From assembly GCA_047495785.1 (NCBI GenBank), contig JBLDXI010000054.1:1-64000 (forward strand): a stretch of 64,000 nucleotides of DNA, in the 5' to 3' direction. The notes beneath the pieces were generated by a model, which saw only the letters and a list, made by a program, of their open reading frames with translations, did not search any database and had not been told where the DNA came from. The translations under genes were made by a program, and so were the position numbers. The DNA is from Lepidodermella squamata (lineage: Eukaryota > Animalia > Gastrotricha). Positions 42,775 through 55,780 of the stretch are shown here, one piece after another (the stretch's first letter is position 1; each line of letters begins with the position of its first letter).

Positions 42775-43004
42775 ACTCTAGAACTCTCTAGAACTCTAGA
42801 ACGGACTCTAGAAGGTTGACGAAGCAAATGCGGTACTGGCAACCTTCGCCGATTGGTACCGACCCCAAGGGCGACCAATTGAGATGGATTGATGGAATAA
42901 AACAACATTTAAATACAATTGGAACTACTGATTTGGAGGAGGCCGACGCCCAGGCTCAGGATAGAATTAGTTGGCGGCACAAAATTCATAGCTATTTCGG
43001 CTGA
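42775..43004 (+). mobile_element. 3' fragment of an RTE-like non-LTR retrotransposon, preceded by ACTCTAGA tandem repeats
   Basis: RWIDGIKQHL..G......A.AQAQDRISWR is typical of RTE ORF2 C-termini. Confidence 0.55.
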
Positions 43005-43497
43005 TTTAAACATATTTATTTTTACTTTGGACTTTGAACGGACAATCATGATCGGCGGCTTGCTACCTGGCCCTCCCCCGACACTCGGTTCGTCTAGCGT
43101 GGATAAAAATAAACACTGCGCTAGGCGGGCTGGGTATACACCAGGGTGAATTTTATTGTATACTTGTTCACATGAGAATCAACATATTGTTCATATTCAT
43201 TACGTAGATGCCAGCCGCCAATCGGCACATCATTACGATTACCCAGGCCCATAGTCACTTCATTCTACGTTCTTGGAGTTATAATGTTTGCCATGGGATG
43301 CTCAACCTATGCAGCAATTATGTGTGGCTTGAACGTCTGAAGAATTCTCTAGCGGAAACATGAGGTGGAAAAGCAGAAACTATCCTCAAAAAATGACAGA
43401 ACTCTTAAAAAATTAGCCGGGTTTTATAGGTTTTATCAAAGAAAGGAGGCAACATCCGAAGGTGGAACAAGTTTTTAACGCTCGCATAGCTATAATA

Positions 43498-44679
43498 CTA
43501 GAACAGCTGCAACAGGACGATACCAATCAGCACATACGACGCTAAATACGCAACAAATGTTAGTGAAAAGACTACAACGTCAACAGCAAAAGAGAGAGTT
43601 ATTGTCTTCTCGATAATCGAAAGCTTTGTGCCCGCGATTTCTGGGAATGAAGCGATAAATCCGCACATCATGGATTCGTATATGACACACAGTGTAGCGA
43701 GAACGCTTTGTGATAGGCTAAAGATGCCCGCCGCCATCGGCTTAGGGGTCTTCGGTAAATAAGCTTGGAGATTTTCTTGCAGAAAGAAAATAGCCAACAT
43801 AACCGTACAAGCGAATACAGGCCGATCTGGAACCTCGGCAGGGATGAGAAATGACGAAAGAATCAATACTGCAAGAAGCACACTTGGCCCGAAAAGGTAT
43901 GTCAAGAAATAATCAGGTTTCCGCTTAAATCCGAAGCTGAAAGTAGCCCTTGAAAAATTGGCCCATGGGCCAAAACTCAGAACACCAAATGTGGCGGTTC
44001 GCTGCGAGATATCATGCTCCCAGCCGGAGTTCTCCTTCATAAATGGAGTATCGTAATATTCATACGGAAAGAAGAAGGCAACGCCGATTTTTGAGTACAC
44101 GTCACCTTGTAGTAAAGCGAATTCGATATTACACGTCTGCTTATCGAAAGGGAAGTAGGTCAGGTCTAAATTGCAATAGGACGCAAATTTCCCCGTCAAG
44201 TCAAATGAGACAAGTCCCGTCGTCACGTTTACGAAGGTTTGTCGAAAAAAACCTTCTACAATCGCTGGGCTGCCGACCGAATTTTCATGGGACAAGGTTG
44301 GATACCAGTACTGGCTCGGGTCTTCCTTGGACAGGTAATCGATGGCAGGCGGCCATTCGACGCTACCATTGTACGATACATTACGATAGAGATCGGCAAT
44401 GCATTTTGATTCATAGTTGATCAAGAGTGAAGCGGAAATAGTGAAAGTTTCAGAGACATCGTCGATTTCTGCTAATAGTTTTGGTTGTAGTGCTAGCCAA
44501 ATTAGAGTTGGCTGCCTTTCTAATTCAGTCGGCGAATTGACTGTCGGTCCTATTCTACAGTTGCTCAGGATCGTTGCTGTTGGATTGAACGTCCGAATAC
44601 TGTCGCTGTTAGCTAGTATAGCAAAGGCATTTTGCAACATGTAAATGATGTGATATGGTTGAAAAAACGAACTAGCCAT
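43498..44679 (-). CDS. Cys-loop LGIC subunit, intronless (subfamily A)
   Basis: ATG 44679; CNLDLTYFPFDKQTC; four TM helices. Confidence 0.93.
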   Translation of the reverse strand: MASSFFQPYHIIYMLQNAFAILANSDSIRTFNPTATILSNCRIGPTVNSPTELERQPTLIWLALQPKLLAEIDDVSETFTISASLLINYESKCIADLYRNVSYNGSVEWPPAIDYLSKEDPSQYWYPTLSHENSVGSPAIVEGFFRQTFVNVTTGLVSFDLTGKFASYCNLDLTYFPFDKQTCNIEFALLQGDVYSKIGVAFFFPYEYYDTPFMKENSGWEHDISQRTATFGVLSFGPWANFSRATFSFGFKRKPDYFLTYLFGPSVLLAVLILSSFLIPAEVPDRPVFACTVMLAIFFLQENLQAYLPKTPKPMAAGIFSLSQSVLATLCVIYESMMCGFIASFPEIAGTKLSIIEKTITLSFAVDVVVFSLTFVAYLASYVLIGIVLLQLF

Positions 44680-45275
44680 GCTATTGTCATTGCAACTACT
44701 GGAAGGAAAGTTGCCTGATAACAATTTAGTTGAGATTTTTATTAGATTTTTTGCAAGCTTGCCAGCGGCAATTTCCTCTCAGATGTATCATGAAGCCTCA
44801 ATCGTCGATATCGTTTGCATTTATACAATTTTCTGATACATGTTGAGTTATATGGGAAATACACTGGCTTATTAATACGTATCAGCATTGGTTTATTGAA
44901 AAATCCAGGTTTCGTCTATCCGCTTATCTGGGCTCGTTATAATTTGTTTCAGGCGTGGATTAGTTTTTCAACGCTTAAAACTATTCGAAACTAAACTATT
45001 CGATCTGAACCAAAGAGCGAAGTACCGCTTGGGATGATCAGTTCAATAAGTCGGCAATGTGACTTCAGTCAAAGACTAAAGGGGGACCCTTACTTCGATA
45101 TTCCTTATCATTACCAGTTCTGCTGTCCTACTTTACTCTCTGAACTGAACAATAGATTCACAAAAGGAATGTGACGAGTTGCAGAAGAAGGTTGAAGAAG
45201 GATTAAACAGTGGCACAGCAAACTAATGCAAAGAATGGTCAATTGTTTCAACGGTTGAATTGTATGAACAATTTA

Positions 45276-46283
45276 TTAGAAAATCTGTAACAGAATTACA
45301 CCAATGAGCACATTCGGGAGTAAATACGCTATGAAGCTGAATGAGAAGCTGACTACGCCGACAACCATGTAACAGCATATTGTCTTATACTCTTATACTT
45401 TTAGAGATCTTATACTTTTTACTGGCGATGTCTGGCAACAATGTGATGAATCCACACATCATGGATTCGTAAATGACGCACAGCGTTGCTAGAATGGCTT
45501 GAGACAAACTGGAAATTCCCGCAACCATCGGTTTCGGGGTTTTAGGCAAGTAAGCCTGTAGGTTTTCTTGAAGAACAAAAATAGCCAACATAACTGTACA
45601 AGCAAAAACAGGCCGATCTGGAACCTCGGCAGGGATGAGAAACGACGACAAAATCAGTATCCCAAGGAGCAGACTCGGAGCGTACAGATACGTCAAGAAA
45701 TATTGTGGTTTTCTTTTGAATGTAAAGCTGAAAATGGCCTTTGAAAAATTGGTAGACGAGTCGAATTTCAGAGGGCCAAATGTCACGGATCGCTGTGAAA
45801 TGTCATGATCCCAGCCGGAGTTCTCCTTTAGGAACGTTGCATCATTAGGATGGAACAGTGCATCAGAGATTCCTGTGTAAGCTGTGCTTTGCATTACAAC
45901 GAATTCGATTCGGCACACTTGCGAATCGAAAGGGAAATAGGTCATGTCCAAATTACAGTAGGACGTAAATTTTCCAGTCAAGACAAAATAACGCCAAAAT
46001 CGAGTTGTACAACGACAGTTCTATAAATTCCTTCAACCATCGCCGGGCTGCCAATTGCATTTTCGTGAAATATAGCGGGAAACCAGTACTGGTTTGGATC
46101 CTCCATGGACAGATAATAAATCGCAGAAGGCCATTCGACGCTGCCATTACGGGACACATTGCGGAACAAATCAGCGATACATTTCAAAATAGCGATACAA
46201 ATACTGTCATTGCTGGCTGGTACAGCCAAGGCACTATGAATCACGTGATAGATCAGAAACGCGGCAACATTTGCAGTTGTCAT
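45276..46283 (-). pseudogene. Cys-loop LGIC pseudogene (subfamily A)
   Basis: Deletion of about 55 codons between SNDSI and KCIADL; frameshift near 45980; small AGTATAAG duplication puts M4 out of frame near 45385. Confidence 0.88.
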
Positions 46284-47368
46284 AACAGCGGAAAGGTAGT
46301 TTTTCGAAGCTAGGTTGCACATTTTTCAGCAAGATTCGTTATTTGTCATTCCTGCCATTGCTGGCCAATGCATCTCGCAACATGTAAATGATGCGCTATG
46401 CTCGAAAAATCATGGCAGTGAAACATCAACTACTGGAAGAAAAATCGTTACCAGGCAGTTTCCTGCAGGCAGAGTGGGATTGTAATCTCGTCGAATCCAA
46501 TTTCCTCCCCGGTTCATCCCAATGCATATAAATCTTTAATATTTGCAATATTGCACCGAATTGTCTGCTGATATTCAGTTGCTGAGCCTCGTGCTTGCGT
46601 GATACATCCAAATAAGCAACTAAGCAAGGCGTTTATTGACGATTCAACCGCAGCTATTAATGGCGATAGTGCTCAATGGAAGAGCCCTCTACTTGTAAGC
46701 CGTTTTGAGTACTGTTCCGGTGTTGCATGCGAGATAATTTTTTCATCCATTTTTCATGTTTAAGACGAACTAAAGAGTGGGAATCGGGCGTCGGCTATGA
46801 AAAAGGAGAAACAAAAGTTTGGTGGGTGAAAATACTTGACCGCAATGCCGGCCAACATTGGAACAGTCTGAATTTGCCGACCGGCTGAGAGTCCCGATTT
46901 CTTGAAATTCATTTCGTTCAACGTCCAACTACACTGCTACGATTTTCGCTGGCATTATACGAGTTCGTTATAACGATTCTGCACTTTATCTTTTCTAAGG
47001 TTGAGGGCTGACCGATAGAATTCCTTTTCCTCGACTGAATTTTGAACCCAGCCCTGAGAAATTCATAGTGCAGGCATTTAACTTATTGTCAAGCGTGTTT
47101 GTGATGGTAAACTAAAAAAACCCAAACCAAAGCCATTGCTCTGTTAGAATTTGCGTGCTATTATACTAGCTAAAATACTATGACATCTTTTTATGAATCA
47201 TGCTCAATGTGGTTATCGGCACCGACCGTGCGTTTGGCATAATAATTTACAAACTATGCGTTGAGAGCAATAAAAACGACTCCGCTCGTGTTATTAAAAG
47301 TATATTCAGCTATTCTCAACTGTCATTCCAATTTCACGTTACACTTTCAGAGTTCAGCTCTACAGAGA

Positions 47369-50241
47369 ATGCGACCAATCTTATTTTTATGTACGGTTTC
47401 AGTAGCGTTTGCTGATATCGATTTCAACAATGTGAGATATAGATCTTGTAAAAAGTGTGCGTCGAATTCCTTAGTTTAGGTTCTCAAACGCGCAATTGAT
47501 AATCGCCAACTTTCAACTGTCCGACAATTGCTGGCAAGTGGAGTTGTCAGCGCAAATGCGAGCTTAGAAATGAGCAGGAAAAGCCTAGTCATCCCTGCGC
47601 TAATCCATGCTGCTCAGGTGAAAATTTACCATGAATTCGATAAACAGAAATAGTATAATTGTTTTACCCTACAGGCAGGATATTACGAAATGGTACGCCT
47701 TCTTCTCGAAAATGGAGCCGATGTAGACGCAAAAATTGAACGAGAGACTGAGTTCAGCTTCGCCAGTCAAACAACCGCCTTACACGTGGCGGCTTACTCC
47801 GGCCAACTCGACATTGCTCGGCTCTTAGCTGAGAAATTCACCGCTAACGTGTCAGCAATCGATGCGAATGGCAATTCCGCTATGATGTCCCTCTTCCAAA
47901 CAACGATACCTAATCATCTGCTTTGGTCGTATGTCTCACTGGCAGTTTATCTTCCCGACGAATTGCCGGATAGAAGAGACGTGAAGGGACAATGTGCCCT
48001 GCACCTTGCAAGTCAGATCAGCACAACTGATCCAATGCCCTTTGTTCGGCACTTGGTTGAAAGCCGTAAACTCGACGTAGACGCTAGAGACAACAACGGA
48101 GATACTCCTCTTCTGATTGCAGCCAGGACTGGTAGTTCGCTCAGCCTGGCTCGTTACCTTGTTGAGAAGGGAGCTGATACTAAGGCCGTGAATAACGCCG
48201 GAGAAAATTTGCTACTAAGCGCGTGCAAAGCCGGAAGCAAACGCCGAGGTCTCGATTTTATCAAATTCGCCATTGAAGTCGGTGGCAATAACGTAAATTC
48301 CGTGGCTGATGGTAAGCGTTGTGACTACCTGATCGTCAACTCAAATCCCCTGTATATGACCAATCCAAATGATGGATATCGGATCCGAGCTGTGAGATAC
48401 CTAGTTAGTAAGGGGTTCGATCTTAACCCTCGCGGCGTAGATTCCCCGCTGATGGTCGCAGCCAGGATGGATTCGTTACGATATTTGAACGCCCTGCTTG
48501 ATATGGGGGCGGATGTGAACGTGACCAATCCCGCGGGAAAGACGGCGCTGGATTTCGCACGGGAGAAGAACTATCGTGGCAACGTTGCAAGTCTACTGCG
48601 TCTTAAAGCTGTTGCAGGCCAAAATTTGACAGGAGTTTCTACTATTACTACACCTGGACGAACTACTACCCGATCGATGATGATGTCAACTGGGAAAATC
48701 GCGGTTGCATCTGGCCGGAGACTTGAGTTCTTTTCAGATGATGCACTCGAAGCTGCCGTAATTTCATTGGGCGGCCCGAAGTTGAATGTCAGAAATTGGG
48801 ATCGCAGAAGCAACCTGACTGGTAATGTTGAAGTCAGACCTACCTATAGATAATCGGATCAATCAGCAGCAAGCAACCCTAGATGAGGTTTGTTTGTTTT
48901 AGACAAGTCCCTAATTCCTGATTTTAACTCATTTCCTATCAGAAATTTGTCCGGCTCGTGATCGATGGCAATATTTCAGCCGTGCGCGAGATGATAGCGA
49001 CGAAGCAAGCCCGAGGCAATGCTATCCTAATCACAGATGAATACGACCCTATCCCGGCCGTAGCAGCTGCTTTGAAAGCTGGAGACACTACCTTGGAAAT
49101 GGTGGAGCTACTGCTCGAAAACGGTGGTGATGCGGATGCTGTTCATCCTGATAATAGTAGAAGCGCCCTGATGATGGCTGCGTCCAGCGGAAGCCTTGAA
49201 ATGGTCCAACTTCTCTTGAAGTACGGCGCGGAGATTGACACGGAGATTGTGCGCGATAGAACAAGAACAGCACTCATAGAAGCTGCGGCTTTTAACAAGA
49301 TAGATATTGTCAAGTATCTCAGGACAAATGGAGCGAACAAATATTCAGATAAATTGATTGTTGCCTATAACCAACTAAATGGTGTTCCAGTACTCCCGTT
49401 GATTAAGTATGCCGTCGAAGAAGCTCAAAATTCTGTGAATGAGACAGATTCCCATGGCTCAACTGCTTTCATCAGTGCAGCGACAGATTTGTCGTATTCC
49501 GACGACCGCCTCGGGGTTCTCGCGTACTTGCTCGCAAAAGGAGCTGATCCTGATGGTTTTGTTTATTCGCACGGCAATAAAGAGACACTACTGCATTACG
49601 CTGTCAGCGAAAACGATATAGATTTAATCCGATTCTTGGTCGAAGTCGCGAAGGTCAACGTGGAAGTGCGGAATGACGATAATTTGACGGCTTTGATGAT
49701 TGCCGCGAAGAACGGCGACGGCGAGACGGCGGAAATTCTGTTCAGCGCAAAAGCAGATCGAACGGCAACTGATAGCGATGGCAACACGCCTTACCTTTTG
49801 CATTGCGCTAGTAGTAAAGCCCCTGGATCGCTTACTCAGCGCTTTGTAGGATTCGGCGATTTCGACGTAAATTCGCAGAATTACAATAACGAAACCTGCT
49901 TGGCGCTACTTCATCCCCGGCGGAACCCGACGTACACGTTCAATTTAGTGAACTTTCTCGTTCGTTCAGGCTACGATATCAATAGGAAATTGCGGCGAGG
50001 TGACACTGCGCTTAATATGTACATTATGAACGGCGGCTATTCAGCGATTCGAGATTTCCGAGAAGCAGGAGCTGATTTAAAGCAGACGAATGACGATAGC
50101 CTCACTGCTCCGGATATCGCCAAGCTATACGGCAACGATCTAGCTGTTCAGGAATTGGAGAAACCACTGACTCAGTCATCGGCAGACGGGTGGGCGGGCG
50201 ATGTTTTAGTGGCCACGTCAGGAACAGCAGCGCCGCCTTAG
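47369..50241 (+). CDS. Large ankyrin-repeat protein with predicted signal peptide; multi-exon, two ankyrin blocks
   Basis: Exon 1 MRPILFLCTVSVAFA-DIDFNN splices in frame via an exon at ~47480-47617 into ORF 47690-48853. Short GT-AG introns near 48822-48942 can join ORF 48958-50241. Many GxTPL/TAL repeats. Confidence 0.75.
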
Positions 50242-50754
50242 TGTGGCGCACTCTCGCTGTTTCGGAGGAATCTTGCATTTCCGAATTTTGATACGTTAAT
50301 TCGAAAAGATGAGTCATGTAAGGTACCTTCTTAAAACCCAAATTAGCTACGTGCGGTACAAGTATAAAGCTTTTGGGAATAAGCTTTTAGTAATGATACG
50401 CGCCCGAAGAAAATCTGTCTGTTTTTGTATATAATAAAGAACAGCTGCTGGATCCCTACTGGGCCAGACCTTTTATACTTGATTGTACAAAGAAACAGTG
50501 TGCTACTTTCAGGGGGATCACATGTGAATGTCAAATGAACAGCCATATTTTGATAGTTGATAGTTGATATTCGAGTTCGAGAGTGATTGAATATTTCCAA
50601 TTGTTCGGGATATTTTTGTGGCAAATTAAGCATTGCCTGAGATGCAAAATGTTACTTGATTTATTCTGAATTTTCTTAGTAGTTTATTGTTAAAACAATG
50701 ATCCGACTGATACTAAGTAACAGTTTGCCTATAGACGCGGGTATTTACATTTAA

Positions 50755-51125
50755 CTAATTCTTTCCGTATAAATGAATATTTATGATTTTGCATGAGTCT
50801 TTTATCGTTGAAATGACGATGTCGCACATGAGTGACTGCGGTAGTTCGAGACGTTTTGCGAAGTCGCGGAAGAACTTATTGATGGTACCACGGGCGCCAA
50901 CGAAGAGACCGATTACTTCGAGGGAAGTTAGATTGTATCTTTCCTTGAAGTATTCTGCGCAAGGCTCGTAGTGTGCCCGTTTTTCTTTGTCGACTTCCAG
51001 GGCTTGATCTGGGCTTTTTTTCGAAGCGGATGGTAGGGTCCAAGATCCACCCTTCTCTCGTGCTTTTATTGAAGGCGATAATGTCGACCCTTTTGAGGCC
51101 GTCATTTTCTGCGAGGCATTGAAAA
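50755..51125 (-). mobile_element. 5'-truncated non-LTR retrotransposon fragment, restriction-like endonuclease domain (R2/NeSL/R4-type)
   Basis: RVDIIAF..WILDPTIRFE / EKRAHY..GLFVGARG split by a frameshift at a homopolymer near 51018. Confidence 0.8.
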
Positions 51126-52001
51126 TTGAGCGTTGAAAAGTGAAATGTTTCTTCATTTTTCAATTTTTTACTACGTTCTCTATGGTAATAGTAGCACTGT
51201 ATGACACAAAAACATTACATTGCAGTTTCGCAAAAAATATATTAGTGAATAATAGAGGCTTGTTTCGCCCTTGCGACTGAGCTAAATGAGAGGCTATTAT
51301 TCACCTGGGTAGCTTTCTACCTTCATGCTCTCCACCTATTCTGAAATATGGAAGAGCTTCCGCGTAGATCCCGTCCACCGGCACCAAATCGCCTTTAAAG
51401 TTGTGAAACAAATCATTTGTTCACTGTTGCAAGCGCCATGACTAAGGCAAACGTAACAATATAGCGTAGGCGCCGTCAACGATGTATAATGGATATCCAA
51501 AACATCAGATCGCTATCGGCAGCCTTTAGCAACATAACGCGCCTTGTAGCATTTGACTTTGCCGTAATGATTTACGCTCGAAAGCCCAGCGACTACAATA
51601 CACGTTAACATGTATAGGTCTCCTTTCTATCAAAACCATTTACCTTACAACTCTACATGCGCCATTACACTGCTTTAGCTTCCAGGCCGGTAATTGCTTC
51701 ATCACACATGTGAATTTCAGCAACCTAAAGAAAAGCTGTTTGAGAAAAATTGGCTTCTTCATTTTCACGTTGAAGAGGAATTGTTTCGTCTTGGAGCAGG
51801 TTCAGCGAAAGTTTGACTTTACTTGATTGGACTGGCCCTACAAATATCCAACCAAAGAGAATCTCCTTCGGCATCAATCAGGTTGACAGCTGCCGTCATA
51901 TTAATATCGTACTTACAACAGGGCACGATGGGCTTGCTTTTTACGAAGTCAGGTTCATTTCTACAAGGCATCTCTTGTTCGAACTCAACACCGATATTAA
52001 A

Positions 52002-53150
52002 ATGAGAGTGGGAATCCATTTATTCGCATTGCTCTACTTTGTTAATCGCGGTGCAGCTGATAAACTCACATACTCGCCTACTATTAAGGCCGCCGATATT
52101 TTCAACGCTAACTGCAATATCGGCCCGACGGCTAATTCACCGACCGAGTTCGAGGGAGTGCCTACTCCGATCTCACTCATCCTTCAAATCGACAGATTCC
52201 TGGGCATAGATGACCTTGCAGAGTCCCTCTCGTTCAACGGGGTTCTTCAGATTATTTGGGAGGTCCCGTGCGTGTTTGAGTACGTGAACAACACGGATAA
52301 TCAATGGCCAACTAAATTGGCAATGCTGCAAAATGAACCACCGGATTCCTACTGGATACCGCCTGTCGGTCTCAGAAACGCTGTGGGTCAGATGGCGATG
52401 GATAAAGCTGATGAATTCTCAGAACTGCTCACGATCTATCCGTTTGAAGGTCGATTTAACGGGGCTTATGCTGGCAGATTCACCTACACTTGCGATCTCG
52501 ACCTAACCCTGTTTCCATTTGACACCCAAACTTGTACGGCCGTAATCAACATGAGAATATCAACTCTATTCGTTAAAGTTGCCGTTGCGAAAATGATCTC
52601 ATTGAGTCCTAATATCATGCCGAAAAACTCGAATTGGATTTTGGTTTCAAACGACACTGAAATACAGGAGTTTGAGCTTGCGAACTTCGGTAGTCTGAGT
52701 CAGGCCTTATTCACTATGACGTTGAAGAGGCGAGCCGAGTACTACATGCTTAATATGTTCGCACCTAGCTTCATTCTATCGACCCTGGAAATTGCAGCAT
52801 TTGGAATACCAGCCACTGAGCCTGACCGAGCGTCGTTCGCCTGCTCAGTTATGCTGTCAATTTTCGTGCTTCAGGGCCTTTTCTCAGCTGCAGTGCCTCA
52901 ATCACCGCGGCCTATAGTCACTTCATTCTACGTTCTTGGGGTTATTATGTTTGCTATGGGCTGCTCAACTTACGCAGCAATCATGTGCGGTTGGTGCATG
53001 ATGCATGAAGATCGAGCTCGAAGAACTGTACATATCTGCGGCAAAAAGATGCGCGCTTTCGTTGCTATTGACATTGTAGCGTTTGCTATCTTCTTGTTGA
53101 CTTACATTTCGTTCAACGTTATCACGGTTTTTTGCCTTGCTTTCATATAG
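52002..53150 (+). CDS. Cys-loop LGIC subunit, intronless (subfamily B)
   Basis: ATG 52002 signal peptide; CDLDLTLFPFDTQTC; four TM helices. Confidence 0.93.
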   Translation: MRVGIHLFALLYFVNRGAADKLTYSPTIKAADIFNANCNIGPTANSPTEFEGVPTPISLILQIDRFLGIDDLAESLSFNGVLQIIWEVPCVFEYVNNTDNQWPTKLAMLQNEPPDSYWIPPVGLRNAVGQMAMDKADEFSELLTIYPFEGRFNGAYAGRFTYTCDLDLTLFPFDTQTCTAVINMRISTLFVKVAVAKMISLSPNIMPKNSNWILVSNDTEIQEFELANFGSLSQALFTMTLKRRAEYYMLNMFAPSFILSTLEIAAFGIPATEPDRASFACSVMLSIFVLQGLFSAAVPQSPRPIVTSFYVLGVIMFAMGCSTYAAIMCGWCMMHEDRARRTVHICGKKMRAFVAIDIVAFAIFLLTYISFNVITVFCLAFI

Positions 53151-53620
53151 CTCAGCATGGAAGCACTAAAATCAGGCTAAGATTTATTCTACAGGGAAAA
53201 TTGAGAAAGAATTCTGAATAATTATTACAACAGGCTTGTCTTGGTGTATCATGATTATATATGTTTTGAAGCATGAATAAACAGCAACGAACAGCATTAC
53301 GATCGTTGAATTTCACGTGCAGGATTCGATTAGCGAGAACATTGCTATAGGTATTTCGCCGTGCTGCTCTCCGACGTGCAATGAACGTAGAAAACAGAGC
53401 AATAAACTTTACCAGCTCGGTTGCGTCGGTCTGATCATTTCGAAAGTCTGTTTACACAGAACAATGTTCCGATCCTCTGTCAAATATCAATGTTTTGTGG
53501 AAAGTTTTTGCCGATGAATGTTTTACTGACGAAAATCTCAATATCCGCTAGAAAATCTTGTCATATCGTGATATGATGCATAAGCTTTAGTTTAAGCATT
53601 TCTGCTACTCAAAACTGACT

Positions 53621-54769
53621 ATGAAATTGAAGCTGTTTTTCTACTTGTGGCTATGCTCGTTTAATCAAGTGGAAGCAGGCAACCTCACTTATTCGGCCAC
53701 TTTTAAAGCAGCAGACATTCTCAACGCTCAATGCAACATTGGCCCTACAGCCAACTCGCCAACTGAACACGAAGGATACCCTACTCTTATTTTCCTTTTC
53801 CTTCAAATCGACAGATTCTACGGCATAAATGACGTTGGAGAATCGATATCGTTCAATGGCATTCTTCAAATTGTTTGGTTCGTACCCTGTGTCAGTCAAT
53901 ACGCGAATGACCCAGCGAACCAATGGCCAGCTACCTACAAGGTGCTCCAGAACGAGCCATCGACTTCGTATTGGATTCCACCTGTAGGCCTTCGGAATTC
54001 AGTCGGTCAAATGATGCTGGACAGAGCTGATGAATTTGCAGAAATAGTCTCCATCTATCCGTTTGAGGGTCGATTTGTTGGTGGCTATGTCGGGCGATTC
54101 AGTTATACCTGCGACTTAGACCTAACCCTATTCCCATTTGATACCCAGACCTGCACAGCGGTGATTAATCAGCGAGTGATTACTGATTTCGTAAAAATGG
54201 CGAGCGCGAGTTTCATCACAGTACAGTCGGAGATAATCCCGCAAAACTCGAATTGGATTTTGATGTCAAATCGAACTGAAATACAAGAATTTGAAGTTGT
54301 TAATTACGGTAAGTTGAACCAAGCAACTTTCACAATGGTTTTGAAACGAAGGGCCGAGTACTACATGCTGAACATGTTCGCGCCTAGTTTTATTCTATCG
54401 ACGCTGGAAATCGCAGCCTTTGGAATCCCAGCAACTGAGCCTGATCGAGCATCATTTGCCTGCTCAGTCATGCTGTCGATTTTCGTGCTTCAGGGCATGT
54501 TTTCAGCCGCCGTTCCTCAATCGCCGAAGCCCATAGTCACATCCTACTACGTCCTCGGCGTGATCATGTTCGCTATGGTCTGCTCCACATACGCGGCTAT
54601 CATGTGCGGCTACTGCATCATGTACGAAGATCGAGCGAATAGAATCGTGCGTTTCTGTGGCAAGAAGATGCGCGCTTTTGTCGCTATCGACATTGTTGCG
54701 TTTGTGGTTTTATTCTTAATTTACATTGCATTCAATTTTATTGTAACGAGCTACCTTGCGTTCAAATGA
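53621..54769 (+). CDS. Cys-loop LGIC subunit, intronless (subfamily B)
   Basis: CDLDLTLFPFDTQTC; four TM helices. Confidence 0.93.
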   Translation: MKLKLFFYLWLCSFNQVEAGNLTYSATFKAADILNAQCNIGPTANSPTEHEGYPTLIFLFLQIDRFYGINDVGESISFNGILQIVWFVPCVSQYANDPANQWPATYKVLQNEPSTSYWIPPVGLRNSVGQMMLDRADEFAEIVSIYPFEGRFVGGYVGRFSYTCDLDLTLFPFDTQTCTAVINQRVITDFVKMASASFITVQSEIIPQNSNWILMSNRTEIQEFEVVNYGKLNQATFTMVLKRRAEYYMLNMFAPSFILSTLEIAAFGIPATEPDRASFACSVMLSIFVLQGMFSAAVPQSPKPIVTSYYVLGVIMFAMVCSTYAAIMCGYCIMYEDRANRIVRFCGKKMRAFVAIDIVAFVVLFLIYIAFNFIVTSYLAFK

Positions 54770-55531
54770 CTCTCGCTAATTGAATCTACACATGAGCTGA
54801 TAAGATCATTTAACTATCGCTCGGCTGAAGGCTAAATATGCTGATTACTGTCGTATATATGGTAAAATCATAGCTTGTTTTGTTTCAAACGAATAAAATA
54901 GTTCATGACATTTTGACAAATCTGATAAAAAAAATGGGCCCTTCGCATCAACGGCCGACGTGGGCTGAAATTTGCCTTAGTCATTTTCAGGTGTAATGAT
55001 CTTGCGCTGAGCGCAGTTGCTGATACTGTAAGCTCCACAACTGCCAAGGTTAGAGCTTTCAAATTTACCGACTTCAACGTCACGTCAACACAAACTTTCA
55101 AATTTACCACGCTGTACGAATCGGTAAAAGGTAATTTCGTACCCGCAAATTCATTTTCATTCCAATTGACCAAAAATGCAAAGATAACTATTCGAATTTC
55201 GTGACATTTCGTGACATTAAAAAGGGCATCTAATAATTCCGCGCTTTAAACAAGTCGCGTGTGTGTCTGAAATTCCGTATGGGTGGGGTACCACCCTCGG
55301 GGACTGTTGTCGGTTGATCAACGCGTTTTAAGTGTTTCGTTACTTGTAATCACTGTGACTACCCTGATCGTCGTTTATCAGCCGTTTCTGGTGCTTTGGA
55401 GAGCTTGGGCTGCTCTCTAGCATGCTCAGAAGTCATGAAATTCGTAAAAATGCCCCATTTTAGGACCCTAAATTGACCCATATTGAAGCTACTAGTCACG
55501 TCCAAGGGGGTCATGAAGTGGTGGAAATAGT

Positions 55532-55780
55532 TTTAAACCTCACTTACTAATTTAAGAACACGATTCGGAAACAACTAATGACATCCGCCTGAAAATATGG
55601 TTGAAAATTGCGATTTACGCAAATTACGACAGGTGTGCGTTTCTTTATGGCCATGTTTAAACCTCACTTACTAATTTAAGAACACGATTCGGAAACAACT
55701 AATGACATCCGCCTGAAAATATGGTTGAAAATTGCGATTTACGCAAATTACGACAGGTGTGCGTTTCTTTATGGCCATGT
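55532..55780 (+). repeat. Perfect tandem duplication, 124-bp unit x2
   Basis: TTTAAACCTCAC...TATGGCCATG starts at 55532 and again at 55656. Confidence 0.95.

Noticed and set aside
55532-55780. CRISPR-like or functional repeat
   Set aside because: Two identical units with no spacers in eukaryotic DNA; a local duplication or assembly artefact.
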